A stretch of 64,000 bases of DNA. Origin: Macrostomum lignano (lineage: Eukaryota). Each line of letters opens with the position of its first letter. Within the stretch, counting starts at the first letter, position 1. The translations under genes were made by a program, and so were the position numbers. The stretch spans positions 20,770-84,769 of the forward strand of contig NIVC01002620.1 in assembly GCA_002269645.1 (NCBI GenBank), read 5' to 3'. This document shows, piece after piece, positions 33,151 to 47,290 of the stretch. The notes beneath the pieces are model-generated. The model saw only the letters and a program-made list of their open reading frames with translations. It ran no database searches and was not told the DNA's origin.

Positions 33151-33664
33151 TGAGCGAATGAGCTGCCACTCTCCCAACCCGGATGGAATGGTAGATTGGG
33201 GCAGACATACAGGTTACCAGTTTTGATTATAATATGAGCTAAAGCTGGGGAAGCTAAAGAATGGATGCAGGACCTCGTGAATTCACTACTAGTGTGAGGA
33301 ACACACACACACACACACACACATGTAATTTTGAATCGAATGCATTGAATTTCAGACAGTTCTGACAAAAATTAACCAAATTATTACGAAGGATTCTGCA
33401 CTCAATCTATTCAATATTAATCTATGGGAGAGGATTGAGGGTATTATTAAATTCATCAAACTTATAACGTTGCTTTGGATGGATGCGTGGGCGAATTCAA
33501 AGGGGAGACTGCAGCAAGTGCAGAGCAGAGCAATAATATAGTGGACTTTTGTTCCACTCTCCCAACTGTTTCCACCTCACTTCCCTTTGATGCTTTGCGA
33601 CTCTTGAACAGTGGGTTCGCTCTCGTTAAAGGGTTTTTACTCATAATGTTGGCTGGGTTGATTG

Positions 33665-34065
33665 GCTAACTAACAAACAAGCTAACTAACAAGCTAACTA
33701 ACTAACTGACTAGCTAACTAACTAACTAACTAACTACCAAGCTAACTAACTAACTAACTGACTAACTAGCTAACTAACTAGCTAACTGACTAACTAGCTA
33801 ACTAACTAGCTAACAAATTAACTAACTAATTAACTAACTAGCTAACTATAGCTAACTAGCTAACTTACTAACTAGCTAACTAACTAGCTAACAAGTTAAC
33901 TAACTAATTAACTAACTAGCTAACTATAGCTAACTAGCTAACTTACTAACTAACTGACTAACTACCAAGCTAACTAACTAACCAACTAACTAACTAACTA
34001 GCTATCTAACTATCTAGCTAGCTAACTAACTAGCTAACTAACTAACTAGCTAACTAGCTAACTAG

Positions 34066-34104
<39 letters not shown>

Positions 34105-34105
34105 G

Positions 34106-34140
<35 letters not shown>

Positions 34141-34146
34141 GCTATT

Positions 34147-34196
<50 letters not shown>

Positions 34197-34229
34197 GCTA
34201 TTTAACTAACTAACTAACTAACTAACTAG

Positions 34230-34288
<59 letters not shown>

Positions 34289-34289
34289 G

Positions 34290-34331
<42 letters not shown>

Positions 34332-34332
34332 G

Positions 34333-34384
<52 letters not shown>

Positions 34385-34390
34385 GCTATT

Positions 34391-34448
<58 letters not shown>

Positions 34449-34481
34449 GCTATTTAACTAACTAACTAACTAACTAACTAG

Positions 34482-34516
<35 letters not shown>

Positions 34517-34522
34517 GCTATT

Positions 34523-34580
<58 letters not shown>

Positions 34581-34586
34581 GCTATT

Positions 34587-34625
<39 letters not shown>

Positions 34626-34660
34626 ATAACTAACTAACTAACTAACTAACTAGCTAACTA
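33665..34660. repeat. (TAAC)n microsatellite with TAGC variants
   Basis: Direct reading. Confidence 0.97.
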
Positions 34661-35414
34661 ACACCAAACCCCCGCAGTCCCCATAAATTTGCTGCTCAGA
34701 GTTTTGGAGAAAAAAAGAGAAAAAAACGAAAAACGAATACACACAGAAATGTAGAGCCTTTCTCTTACTAAAGTTGTCATCTATATATAATTTATCAAGT
34801 GGTATTTGATTGATAGCAAGCTTGAAAGGAGTCAATAGCATAACAATCACGCGATAGGTACGGGATAGTGGAAAATTAATTTATTGGTTTAATAAATTTA
34901 TACTTTTTGGGGTAGAAAAACTGTCGCAAAAGGTAAGAGAATCCTTATACATAAAATCGCATAGCAACAACAAAATACTTTGCAGAATAAACAGTACTCA
35001 ATAATTAAGGTAAATAAAGGTTTTAAAAACGCATTTTGGAAGAGATCGATTGGTGCTTTATTAATCTATATAACTAAAACTGGGTCAGTTAATGGCAGAA
35101 AAACCAATATAAAAAAATTTCGTCGCTGCCTACTACCAAACGATAGTAAAAGTAGCAATATAAGCATTTTAATGACCTCGGAAAAAAAGGGTATAGATAA
35201 TGTAAAAATGTGAAGTTACAGCTGTGTAAATAATTATATTTATAGCCGAACAAATTGTTTCTCAAAATTATACTTAACAATAAGCTGATTCTAATTACAG
35301 AGACCTGTCAAAGTTGCTCTGTAGCAAGAAAAAACCTAAAAAATATTCTGCTAGATTGAGCAGACCAGAAATGAATACCTGCAGCTGTTTCTTAAAGATA
35401 CTTTGAATCTATGA

Positions 35415-35890
35415 TATATCTCTATTAGATCCATCCCGATCTCCATCAGGATCTCTAGATCTATCACGATCTCTAATAGATCTATCACGATCTCTAATAG
35501 ATCTATCACGATCTCTAATAGATCTATCACGATCTCTAATAGATCTATCACGATCTCTAATAGATCTATCACGATCTCTAATAGATCTATCACGATATCT
35601 AATAGATCTATCACGATCTCTAATAGATCTATCACGATCTCTAATAGATCTATCACGATATCTAATAGATCTATCACGATATCTAATAGATCTATCACGA
35701 TCTCTAATAAATCAATCACGATCTCTAATAGATCTTTGGGATCTCTCATAGATCTTCGGAATCTCTAATAGACCTATCAAATCTCTAATAGACCTATTAC
35801 GATCTCTAATAAAACTAACACGATCTCTAATAGATTTTTGGGATCTCTAATAGACCTTCGGGATCTCTAATAGATTTTCGGGATCTTTAA
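35415..35890. repeat. 21-bp minisatellite (CTAATAGATCTATCACGATCT)
   Basis: Direct reading; source of the IVIDLLE ORF. Confidence 0.93.
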
Positions 35891-36115
35891 TGGATTTGTC
35901 ACAATCTCTTGTAGATTTATTAACTATATAGCTGTTTACTGCAGAGCTATTCAAGATCTATAAGAAGCTACTAATAAAATTACGCAATAAAACAAAGAGG
36001 ATTATAATTGGGCAGCGTTTATCATACCAGTAGGGATAAATCGATAAAAATTGGCGTTAATTTTAAAAACTTTGGGCTACCAAGAGAGAAAGAAACCGAT
36101 TGTCAATCAATAAAT

Positions 36116-39100
36116 TCACCGGCTCTTGCCGCCGCCTCCCAAAGTCTTGCTAATATCAACTCCAGCCATGCTTTTAACCACATTGGGCAGCCGTTCCATG
36201 ATGTCCATCACTTCGCCCGTGATCTTCGCCGCGCCTAATTCGGAGCCTTTGCCGCCGTTGCTCACCATGGTGATCTTGCTGGCCCCGGCCAACGGCTGGG
36301 CAACCTCGGCAGCCAGTTTAGGCAGAGTCTTCAGCACCAAGTCGAGTTTAGCTGCCTCGCCGTACTCTTTCCAAGCGTCGGCCTTCTTAGCCATCTGCTC
36401 GGCTGTGGCCTTGGCTCGAGCCTCGATAGCGTAGGCCTCAGCCTCGCCCTTCAGCTGTATGGTCTCAGCCTCGGCCTGGGCCTCCAGCACAATCTTCTGG
36501 TTCTCCGCTTCGGCCAGCTTCTCCAGCCGGTAGCGCTCGGCCTCGGCCGGCTTGCGAACTGTGGCGTCCAATTGGCGCTCTTTGCGCACAATCTCCAGCT
36601 CCTATTGCAGAGGTTAAGCGTTGTAAAATGTTAACTTAACTTAAGCTTGACACCACAGACACTAGAACAACTGCTAGGCAACAATCGACTCTGGTTTTCT
36701 ACAAGCAGACTTATTAAATTAGCATCTTCGTTCTGTTTTAGCGACTCCAGATTGCCTCAGACTCAAATTTATACCCTATATTCGAACAATAGTATTTTGC
36801 AGATTAATTTAGACTATTCAGCCTATTAAGACTATTGACGGAGTCGCTCGAACAACAAGTTGACGCGGCGCACGCTGGCCTGCTGCGCGCCGCCTTCAAG
36901 ATTGGCTACGACTACGAGCGAGTGACCAACGCGGCTTTGTATCGCCGCGCCCGCCTGGTCCGTCCAAGCGACCTGCTGCGCCGTCGGCGACTCCAGCTGG
37001 CAGGCCACATCATCCGCGTCGAGTCTCACTGCCCAGAGCCGGTGCAGGAAGTGCTGCTGCTAACGCTGCAGGCACCCTACCAGCGAAAGCAGGCGCGCAC
37101 TCTCGGCGTTTCGTCGACTGCCTGCTGGCTGACGCCGGCGCCCCGGATTCGGCCTTCATTCGCGACCTGGCCTTGAGGCGCGCCCCGTAACGCTAACTGC
37201 GTATTCAGTATATCAGTATGCAAGAATAGCAAGAGAAAAAAGAGACCTACAACTATAGTCATTGAGGCTTGACGGAGAGGTGAACTTTTGAGAGCCATAT
37301 CAAGATTTTTGGACGTTAGGCGAGCTACCGTGTACCATAATTTACACACTTTGGTATTGATGGGAGAGGAGGCGCAACGCTCTGCCTGGAGTGAAGACAC
37401 GTCAACTCAATCAGCTCAGCTCAGAGTTATCACGTTGCTAAAGCTTAGTACTGCTTCTATATTGGCAGAGTTCCATAGCGTACTAAAGTGTTGGCACTTC
37501 AACTATGTCGAGAGCATTAAACAGCTACGCCACCTTTTCGCACTGAAGTATGCTAGTGTGATATTATTTGGTGGCGCACGGTTTTACCACGAATTGCAAA
37601 TTCCAAAGGCATTCGGCAATCACATTGGCATACAAGTCTTACCACTAGCTGACAAGTGGCTCTTCATGGTGTTGATTTAGTTTTACTTTACTTTTTTCTT
37701 TTGAAAGCTTCATTGGTAATTTAAAAAATTATTTGTGTGGAACATTATCTCTTAGGTCGCATTTAGTTAAAAAGTTTTTGCTACAAAAAAATTGTCTTAT
37801 TTTTTGTGGCAACAGAGCAACCCACCTTTTAAGGAGGCCTAATGCTATAGCTATCGAGAAAAATAACCGACGAGTATTCTGCGAAAGTCACTTGCGTATA
37901 TCAATGTGAATTTTTCAACGAACCCAGGGAAACAGTTTTTTACATTTGGTAACTGTATTTGTAGAACTTCAACAAGTGATTTTTGCTATATTGTTGAATT
38001 TCAACCATCAACACATGCTCTTGTGAGCATCCTGCATCCAATTGGTTCGTTTTTTGATCCTTAAATGTGTAGTACCGATTGGAATAACGATTCAAATTTA
38101 TTCGAATCGCGTTCTGTACTTCACTCAGAGTTTACAAAAGTGAATATCTTTTAATTTTTATTTTAGTCAAGGTTCATGTAATATGCCAGCAGTAATGAGA
38201 AGGCATTACATCCAAGCGAAATATTGCGTCACTTTATTTCTGTGCCAATTAAGCCAATTGATTCCGGTAGGTTTTGCCTAATTTCCTTATGCAGCAAGTT
38301 TAAGCACGACTTCATATAATTGTGGCGATATTCTACAACGTTTTGTAATTTTTTACCCACTAGGAAAACAATTTATCGTCATTTATGCCATTCTGTTGCG
38401 CTTGTATTTCTAACTTTACTTAGCACTTAGCAGTTGACACTTATTTGCAATTTTCTGAAGTAAGCATATTTAGAGGGAAGATTTTGTTTTCAATGATATG
38501 GCCAGAGAAGTGAAATGGTCTTTAATATATACAGATAACAGAATACCGAATATTTTCTGTGTACATTTTCGATTACAAATAGCATGACATGTTTTGACTA
38601 CTATAGGTGCAATACTGCTGTATATTGTCTACATAACATCTCTACATGTCTAAATCTCTACATTGTCTACATAATGCCTCATGTACGTTCATCATATACG
38701 TATCATATACGTTTTCAATAGGGCGGCTTTATTGTTTATTCATTCCTCTTATTTATTTCCCCTTTTTTCCCGTGCTTATTAGTAGGGCTTCATACATTTA
38801 TCGGATTTGATTTGATTATTACTTAAACAATTTTCTACGCTCGAAATGATATGGATGATCGTGGATAGTGAACATTCCATGGAAAAAATACGCTTGGGAA
38901 CAGACATGAACATTCAAGGAACCATGAATGCTCAGGGATGAATCATGCATGTGAGACTTAAAGGCTTCATGGATGATTCGTCTGTGATTTAGGTCTAGGG
39001 TCAGTTCTGTTAATCTTAGCATATTAGTGTGCATGCGTCAAATTTATGCATCAAACTGACAATAATAGTTCTATTTCCCATCTCGTCTGTGTATTTTTGC

Positions 39101-42100
39101 GTCTGGTGGCCCCAATTCGCCAAACTCCCAAGCGACACTTGCTTGTGCTTGGCCGATCTTTCGTCAGCTTCGCTTAGTTTCTTTATTTACTCTTTATACG
39201 AGCATTCTTTATATCCTTCACTATGCTTCACTATTATATGCTTGACTCATGTCGCCTACGAGCGTAGTTGCCTAGTAAAGCATCAGTTCAGGCCGCAGCT
39301 CAACAAGCAGGACAACGCGCAATGCAGACTCTGAAACGATGAAGAAGAATCCAACACCCATTTGATGGAGTACCCTGCCACGTGGAGCAAAACATCATAG
39401 GCTTTGAGGACCTGTGGTTGCAAACCGACCGCCGCCCTCAGGTTCTGGCACTGGCTAAGAGAGAGATGGAAAGCCTAGTATGAAAATTTTGTGCAGCACA
39501 AACGCAGGCACGCTGCAGCAGCAACTGGCAGTCACTGATTGTGCAACTGAAGGACGAGCCTCGACGCGTCAAGCTGCTATGGTACAAGGTACAGGCTTCA
39601 GGTGTTTATCTAGTTCTGGCAGAACTCGCTTAAAGTCACTGATCCTGCCTCATGGAAACGCCGATATTGAGTGTCAGTTTAGCAAACTTAAGTCGCATTT
39701 CGCGAATGGACCGCAACCAACTGCAGAATCCATCGATTCACGGCATAATGACCGTTCAAACCTGCGTAATCTCGGTAAGAAGGTAAAAGAAGCCATACGT
39801 GATTGCAGCGTGAGTGCGCCTGGCAGTCAAGCGTTGCTTACAAAACTGTTGCAAAAGCAGCATTTTCTAAGAAGGAAGATGCTCATCAAGTCGAGAGAGC
39901 CCGAAAGAAAGCAGAGGCCGACAAGGCAAAGGCGGTAGGAGCTAGCTACAAAGCAAAAGCTAACCATGGAATATATGGCTCACGCTCAACGTCTCTTGTC
40001 TTGGAGGTTGAACAGGAAGATCAGCTGTGGGCCTGCAGCCCAATCAGGGCATAAAAGAGGGGCATCTCGACCAGCTGCATCTGTTTACAATAGCAGAACT
40101 TCAGCAGCATTGTGGATTACAGAACTTGGATTCGATGCTTCGAAATCTGTCCAACTTGCCGGTATCCACGCAAAGATTGCACTTGCGTTAATAGCGTATT
40201 TGGCGAGTTTTACACAATCAACTTGAGACCGCAAATTACTCGTATAGCCAAGTCTTTTTAAGCCGACATTACGCAGTACTATGAACCTATGAAGAATTTA
40301 AAATGCGCCTACAAGACGTTTTAACATAATGTAAACACCTTTCGACATTAATCTTCTACTAAAAGCTGAAGGTGTCTGTTTCATCATCAATACTACGAAC
40401 AACGATTCAATGTCGTTTGGGATGTGGGATTCTTCTCGGTATTTGGACCGAGTGTAACCTAAATTCGATGTTTTTCTCAACTGCATAATGCAATAGCTTC
40501 CGGTGTCTTGCGATGTTGTTGTTACGAACTCGTAAGTCCATCAATGCACACGATTTGCTTAGACTTACTTATATCGTTTGCTGCGACCTACCTGCCCTGG
40601 TTAGCGTTGTCGAAATAAGCGCCCACAGTGCTTTTTGCGTGCTTGAAGTGTTTAAATTCTGACAACAGTATGAGAACAGAAAAAATGGCGGAACTGTAAT
40701 GCAGTACGCTTTGGAGGAGAGCTTTTTGCATCGAACTATAGATAATTTCTACGAATGTGGTAACGCGGTGACTGCAGTCCGAAAAGATGTTTTCGGTGTT
40801 TACTGTCTCTGTACTGTCCAATATCACGGAATTGTCGACCAACTTAATTCTGGATTCCATGTACACGGTTTTTGGAAAGAATTGCAAAGCTACGCCAAAA
40901 AATCGACTGGGCTGGCATTCTCTTCAAGCGCTCAAACGTTACCGTGTCACCGCAAGTTGTTCCGCATGACATGCCACGGTTCAAGCCGCTGGACGGCAAG
41001 CTGGCTTCATGGAGGGTAAACAAACTAAGTAGATCTCACCGTTTGAATCATTAAACAATAAAAATCTCAGATTCAGTCAAAAACGATGTTTGAGTCATAA
41101 AACTTTAAAACCCTCCGCATAGTAGAGTAATAAAACTCAAAACCCCTCCGCACAGTCAAGTCATAAAACTCAAAACCCCTCCGCACAGTTGAGTCATAAA
41201 ACTCAAAACCCCTCCGCATAGTTGAGTCATAAAACTCAAAACCCCTCCGCACAGTTGAGTCATAAAACTCAAAACCCCTCCGCACAGTTGATTCATAAAA
41301 CTTCAAACCCCATTGCACAGTTGAGTCTTAAAAGATCAAACTCCTTCGCACAGTTGAGTCATAAAACAAACCCCTCTTGCATAGTTTAATTTAACTCACC
41401 TGCACATTGATCTGTTGAGTCCGCTCAACCACTTTAATCTGCATTTCCTCCTCTTTAATCTGCTGTTTAGTCTTTGCTGCTTGCAGTTCGTAGGCCAAAT
41501 CAGACTCGGCCTTCTTAGCCTGAACCTCCTGATCGAAGGCGGCCTTTTTCAGTTCGTAATCCCGCTGCGACTTGGCAATCTCGATGTCATTTTTGTACTT
41601 GGCAGCCATGCGCTCCTGTTCAGCCATGGCCTCTTTAATGCCGGACTCTTTCTGGGCCTCAGCTTCGCCAATTCTGGCGTCGCGTTTCACTTGAGCTGTG
41701 CGCGACAGGCCGAGCGCTTTCAGGTAGCCTTCGTCATCTTTGATGTCTTTCAGAGTGTAGGACACCACGCTGATGCCCATGTTCACCAGGTCTGAGGAGG
41801 CCACCTGGTGAGATTAATCAGTGAAATTGAATTAAATTGGTCTCTTGTATGGCGCTAAAGTCTCTCGTATGGCGCTAAATTGGCGCCGGTCTCACCTATG
41901 ACACTAAATTGGCGCCAATCTCACCTATGGCACTAAATTGGCGCTAATCTCACCTATGACACTAAATTGGCGCTAATCTCACCTATGGCACTAAATTGGC
42001 GCTAATCTCACCTATGACACTAAATTGGCGCTAATCTTACCTATGGCACTAAATTGGCGCCAAAACTGTACCATTGGAACTAAATTGGCGCCAATCTCAC

Positions 42101-44561
42101 CTATGACACTAAATTGGCGCCAATCTCACCTATGGCACTAAAATGGCGCCAAAATTGTACCAGTGGCACTAAATTGGCGCCAAAGTCTCATCAATGGCGC
42201 TAAATCGGCGCCAAAATTGTACCAGTGGCACTAAATTGGCGCCAGTCTCACATGTGGCGCAAACTTAGCGCCAAAGTCGTACCAGTGGAGCTAAATTGGC
42301 GCCAAAGTCTCACCTATGTCGCTAAATTGGTACCAAAATCCTAGAAAAAATAGTTTGATGTGTTGCCTATGTCGAATTATTAAAGAATTGAATTTTGAAC
42401 TAAACCAAGTGGCATCATGATTCAGAGAGAAAAGTAATACTAGCAATTGCAAAGTCCAGAGCTTACCTCAAACACGGCTTTGCTAAATTTCTTTCTATCC
42501 TTGTAGATCTCTTCAACAGTCATGTTGCCCATAATAGCTCGCTGATGACCTTCCAGAGTTTCGCGAGCAACCTCAGTAATCTCGTGCTCACTTTTTCCAA
42601 GAAACTGCTCGCAGGCAGAGGCAAGCATCTCCTGATTTTGGCCTTTGATTCGCAGCTGAGCAACCCCGGTGACAGTGATTGGCACCCCTAATTGAGTGTA
42701 GATTCTTGGCGACTCAATCGTGATGGTCATGGTGTTCAGGGAGATGCGCTGCGCCTGTTGAATGCACGGCAGGACAAATTTCCTACCGCCAGGAATGAAC
42801 ATTGGCTTGCTGTGGCAGCAGCCTGTGTGTTGTGTAGGGGTTTAATTTCAAAATTTAATTGAATTCAATATCACACTTTCTTTCATCTGTTTAAGACTCT
42901 ACTTGGTCAAACTTCTGGATTTTGTGGCTTAGCCTATGTAACCTTTTTGGCACTCTCTTATTTATATCTAGTTTTTTCTTTTTGGTCTCTCACATTTATT
43001 TGTCCTTATTTGCTTATCCAACTGATTTTAATTTGTTTTAATAGCACTAAGGCTTTATGAACTCTATATTGTAATTAATATTTCATTATTAACATACTAT
43101 AATATGATTATACTATAAATACATTAATAGTCATATTAAATCAGGTTTAAAAGCTTAAAAAGAATCAAAACAAAATTGTCTCACTAAAAAAATTCTTATC
43201 TAAGTATAGCAAAATTTAAAGACATTTGAAATATAGAATTTGCATTCTTGTTTATACTATAGGATAACAAACTACTAAATTTCAACTTTAACTTTGAACT
43301 TTCTATTTCATTATTAAATATATCAATCTTTTTTAAAATAACTATTTAGTTCTTAACCATATATTTATAATTATCTAGCTATTCTGTATATTAAACAAAC
43401 ATTGTTATTACACAAATTTATTATAAAATAAGCTAGTTCTATTGTAGGGCAAAAAACAGCACTCAAAATTCATGCCTGACAAAAAGGAAATCATGACATG
43501 AATTTTCATATGTAGGCACAATAAAAGTGTTTGTCCAACCTCTAATTTTAGTTGAAAAAATCCATTTTTAGAATTTAAGGGATATAGAAGCCAGGGTCTG
43601 AATTGTGTATTAGTGTAGCTAGAAAGAAAGAAAGAATTTTCTAAATCACTTTAGTAGAAGCTAAGTAAAATGCAATTTTCTAATCCTTACAAGAATTTGT
43701 ATGCTTAAATAATAAACTTATATTGAATACAGTACTTATTGTAAATGAACTTTACAAAATATACATTGTCAATACAATAGTAATAAAAATGGTAAAACAA
43801 ATAAACCCTTGAAAAGAATGCTAAATATGTTGTAGTATTATAGAATATAATATCATATGATACCTAACTAAAGTTAATAAATATATTATTAGAGCTTTTC
43901 TATCATTTTTAATAGAGTCATTTTAGTTGTAATTTAATTTATTATTTTAATTTGCCATTTAAACAAATCATTTTATTAAATATAAGGCTACACATGAATA
44001 ATTTGTGTTTTTATAAATGTCTAACTTTTTTAAACTCAAAAAAATATTTTATAGCTTTATTGTTTTCAAATTACCAAAAATTGAATTTTCAAAAAACTTG
44101 CCCCTAATTTTTGGATTTTGTCATATATATATGTCAGAATGTAGCTTTGGGGTAAATTTTGTACATAGTTAGTATTCACTATATCACTAGCAGATACTCT
44201 ATAGGCCTATTCTGAATTATTCTAGCATTTTCTGCATTATCTGCATTCTTCACTATGCCATGGCATGCTATGAAATGCAAGGGATACAGATTACTAAGGC
44301 AAGGCCAGGATAAGGTGTGGTTGCTTTGAAGTTTGGGAATAGTATATTTAAAAATAATTAAATCAAAATTAAAAAATTAACTCAAAGCTATTAATGTTAT
44401 TCTAATGTCTGTGTTTAGGCCTAGAATCCTATGCCTATTACTATTATTAGCATTAGGTATCATCTAAGTCTAAGCTAAGCCTACCTAAAGGTATTCTATT
44501 ATGACTTACCAGAGATCACAAGAGCCTCATTAGGGCCGCATGTTTGAAATCCACAGGGCAT
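36116..44561 (-). CDS. FLOT1: Flotillin-1 (reggie-2), 4 exons, 432 aa
   Basis: Exons 44510-44561 ([18 protein letters not shown]), 42467-42822, 41400-41804 and 36116-36601, with GT-AG borders and matching phases (1299 nt). Strong similarity to flotillin-1 as recalled: [10 protein letters not shown]...[48 protein letters not shown]. Confidence 0.95.
36829..37200 (+). mobile_element. 5'-truncated non-LTR retrotransposon 3' end (RTE-like) in flotillin intron 3
   Basis: ORF 36835-37176: [15 protein letters not shown]...[10 protein letters not shown]...[17 protein letters not shown], typical of the post-RT domain of RTE-like LINEs; frameshifted near its end. Confidence 0.8.
39480..39960 (+). pseudogene. 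Decayed hAT-like transposase C-terminal remnant
   Basis: [17 protein letters not shown] resembles the hAT dimerisation motif (P-x-x-N/S-A-x-V-E-R-x-F-S); followed by a charged coiled tail; frames are broken. Confidence 0.45.
41070..41390. repeat. 33-bp minisatellite (GAGTCATAAAACTCAAAACCCCTCCGCACAGTT) next to the flotillin exon-3 donor
   Basis: About 9 copies. Confidence 0.92.
41850..42335. repeat. 29-30-bp minisatellite (GCACTAAATTGGCGCCAATCTCACCTATG) in flotillin intron 2
   Basis: Tandem copies with the TTGGCGCCAA palindrome. Confidence 0.92.
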
Positions 44562-46914
44562 CTTTTTGTTCGTGAAAAATAAATATTAAAAATAAGCTTT
44601 TAACACAATGCAGCTAATAATAACAACAGTACCCAAGTGTGTCAGTGTCAGTGCAACAGGATTTGAATTTGAACCACGTTACGTTACTGCTCACGTAGTT
44701 TTTTAATGCAATCTTATAAAAATGGTACATTTAGGTATTTTAAAATCAGCAATCGCGAGAAACTTTTAAAAAGGGTGTTACTTATCTCTTTTATAATTAA
44801 CGTTAAAGAAACCTAAGCGGGCAAAAAAATTAAATAAAGCTAACTTTTTAACGATTTTGTCTATATGATTACATAAGTTTTGTTTTTTTTCAGTTCTTAA
44901 ATATCGTTGTCGGAAACAATATTTACGTCCACATGCCGCAATGGTATAGTTATTTATGCAAACGAAAAACTACTGAAATTTTTGTTAAAAGAAGCCAGAA
45001 TCGTATAATTACTTGATTTTATGAATCTATGGCCAATTAAGTCGCAGGTTTCTGGATGTTATCCAATAAATTTTCGTTGGTTGAGGAGAGCTAGCTTATC
45101 AGGCCGTACATGATGCAGTTCTCGATCAAATTTTGCTGTTTTAGAGTTTTTTAGTTTTATTTTGTTGGGCGCTCCTATTGCTACAAAGTATCTCCTAGAT
45201 GGTCGCTCGGCACCTCTTTCTCCCTTTCCCCATCTCTTGGTCAGCGTACGTACCTAACCCTGCTGCATCATCCTGCATGTATCTCTCCTCCGGCCATGGC
45301 GGCCAACAATAGGAGATGCAATTTTTTGAGTAGACAGTTTAGACGACGATAATAACATACAAATTTGCAAGGCTGCATTACAATACTACAGCTGTAGTTA
45401 ATTGTTTTTAGGCCTTTTGCCTTTGAATTGCTACAAACAAATGTTTTTCGGTTCAGTGGACGTATTAATTTCTGCTGCAAGCATCTGATCAGTACTAATT
45501 ATATCAGACAAATTCATGCAGTTGTACATGTCTCGCATCAGATCGATCGGGTCCAGAGATCATGGGATCCAAACTGCATGGATCTATTATAGTTTTTGGT
45601 GGTATATATATACGCGACCGGCAAGACTTGAGGAGAAAAAATAAAATTCAAATGACAAAAGGATCCAGAGTATATACATGTAATGTACCATATGCATGCA
45701 TTATTACTATACACAAATATATAGTATGCACGTACATACATGTAGACCGCTTTTTGTTTTACTACACTCAAGCCGCTACAAAAAACGCCCTGCTGACTGC
45801 ACAGCATGCAGAGTATACACTGGCGTTGGCTACATGTTGTATATGCATACGTATTACCTTTTTATCGTGCGCTTTTGCAGCGTTCAAGGCGCATGCCTCC
45901 CCAGTTTTGTGCTGTTCTAGCTTCCTATTCCCATTTAGAAAAATAGAAAGGCGCTCGAGTATTCTCGTACCGCTATATGCATTCGGCACTGCACAGCCAC
46001 CCCCCCCCCCCCAACACCGACTGAGCTTCCAAAGCCCGTGACATCGATACAGTTTGCTGTAATTCTTGTCCCTGGGGCGATTGCAGCCGGGTGTGGGAAA
46101 AACTAAGCCCCTGCACTGCAGCCTATAACCCACCCAACCAGCCAATCAGCTACACCCAACATCCCCAGAAGGAAATGACTTCACTCGAGCTGTTTTTATT
46201 AAAGGAAGCTACATATACACACAGCTCGATCCGGTCTTCGACTAGCTTATAATAAAAAAATATTGGTTCAATTAGAGGGAGGGGAAGAGACCACGGAGCG
46301 CCTGCAGAGCTACAGGAGCCTTCGACTCTAAAATGGGTACATAAATAAATTCCCCCCCCCCCTAGAGGGGAAATATTGGGAATTAACAGTGTAGCAATGA
46401 CCATGGGGTTAGAAGGAGCGGGCATGGGCAAGCGCGCTTAGGGTGGCATGTCTTCCAGGCAAGATCTCGTGAATTTCTGCGATTTGAAAGCTTTTAATAA
46501 ATTTTGTTACTTGCTTGCAGCTTGCTCGTTGTTTTTTTCTGCTTTTAAATCCAAGAAATGCAGAAATGCAACAGTTTGTAGCTTTCTAGAAATTGTGAAT
46601 TTTTATTTTCTTCAGTTACTTTGGTTATTGAATTAAATAGGGATTGGAACGTCTTCGTGTCAATAACCAGGGGGCTGAGAGACCTGCATGGCACTGCATA
46701 AGATGTAGAACACTGCCATCTCTCAAAAAATGCTCAATTGCTATCAGAACCAATCCATGATGGAGGTCCAAGTGTCGAAAGAACCCCCATGAAAGAAGTA
46801 GTCGGTGCTACAAAAACACAAAGATATCGCCTTTGGCACTTTATTAATTAGGTTTATTTAGGGTAATTACTGATAAAAACGGATTTAGGGTAATTATGGA
46901 CAGATTGAGGGCAC

Positions 46915-47290
46915 GTAATGACGGATTGAAACTAATTAATGACGGATTGAAGGTAATTAATGACGGATTGAGGGTATTAATGACGGATTGAAGCTAATTA
47001 ATGACGGATTGAAGGTAATTAATGACGGATTGAGGGTATTAATGACGGATTGAAGCTAATTAATGACGGATTGAAGGTAATTAATGACGGATTGAGGGTA
47101 TTAATGACGGATTGAAGCTAATTAATGACGGATTGAAAGTAATTAAGGATGAATTGAGGATAAGTAAGGATGGATTGATGGTAATTAAGGATGAATTGAG
47201 GATAAGTAAGGATGGATTGAGGGTAATTAAGGATGAATTGAGGATAAGTAAGGATAGCTTGAGAGTAATTAACAACGGATTCAAGCTAAT
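46915..47290. repeat. 20-21-bp minisatellite (AATTAATGACGGATTGAAGGT)
   Basis: Direct reading. Confidence 0.88.

Noticed and set aside
40500-41054. Merlin/IS1016-like transposase remnant
   Set aside because: The two weakly similar motifs lie on opposite strands and the intervening conserved residues are absent.
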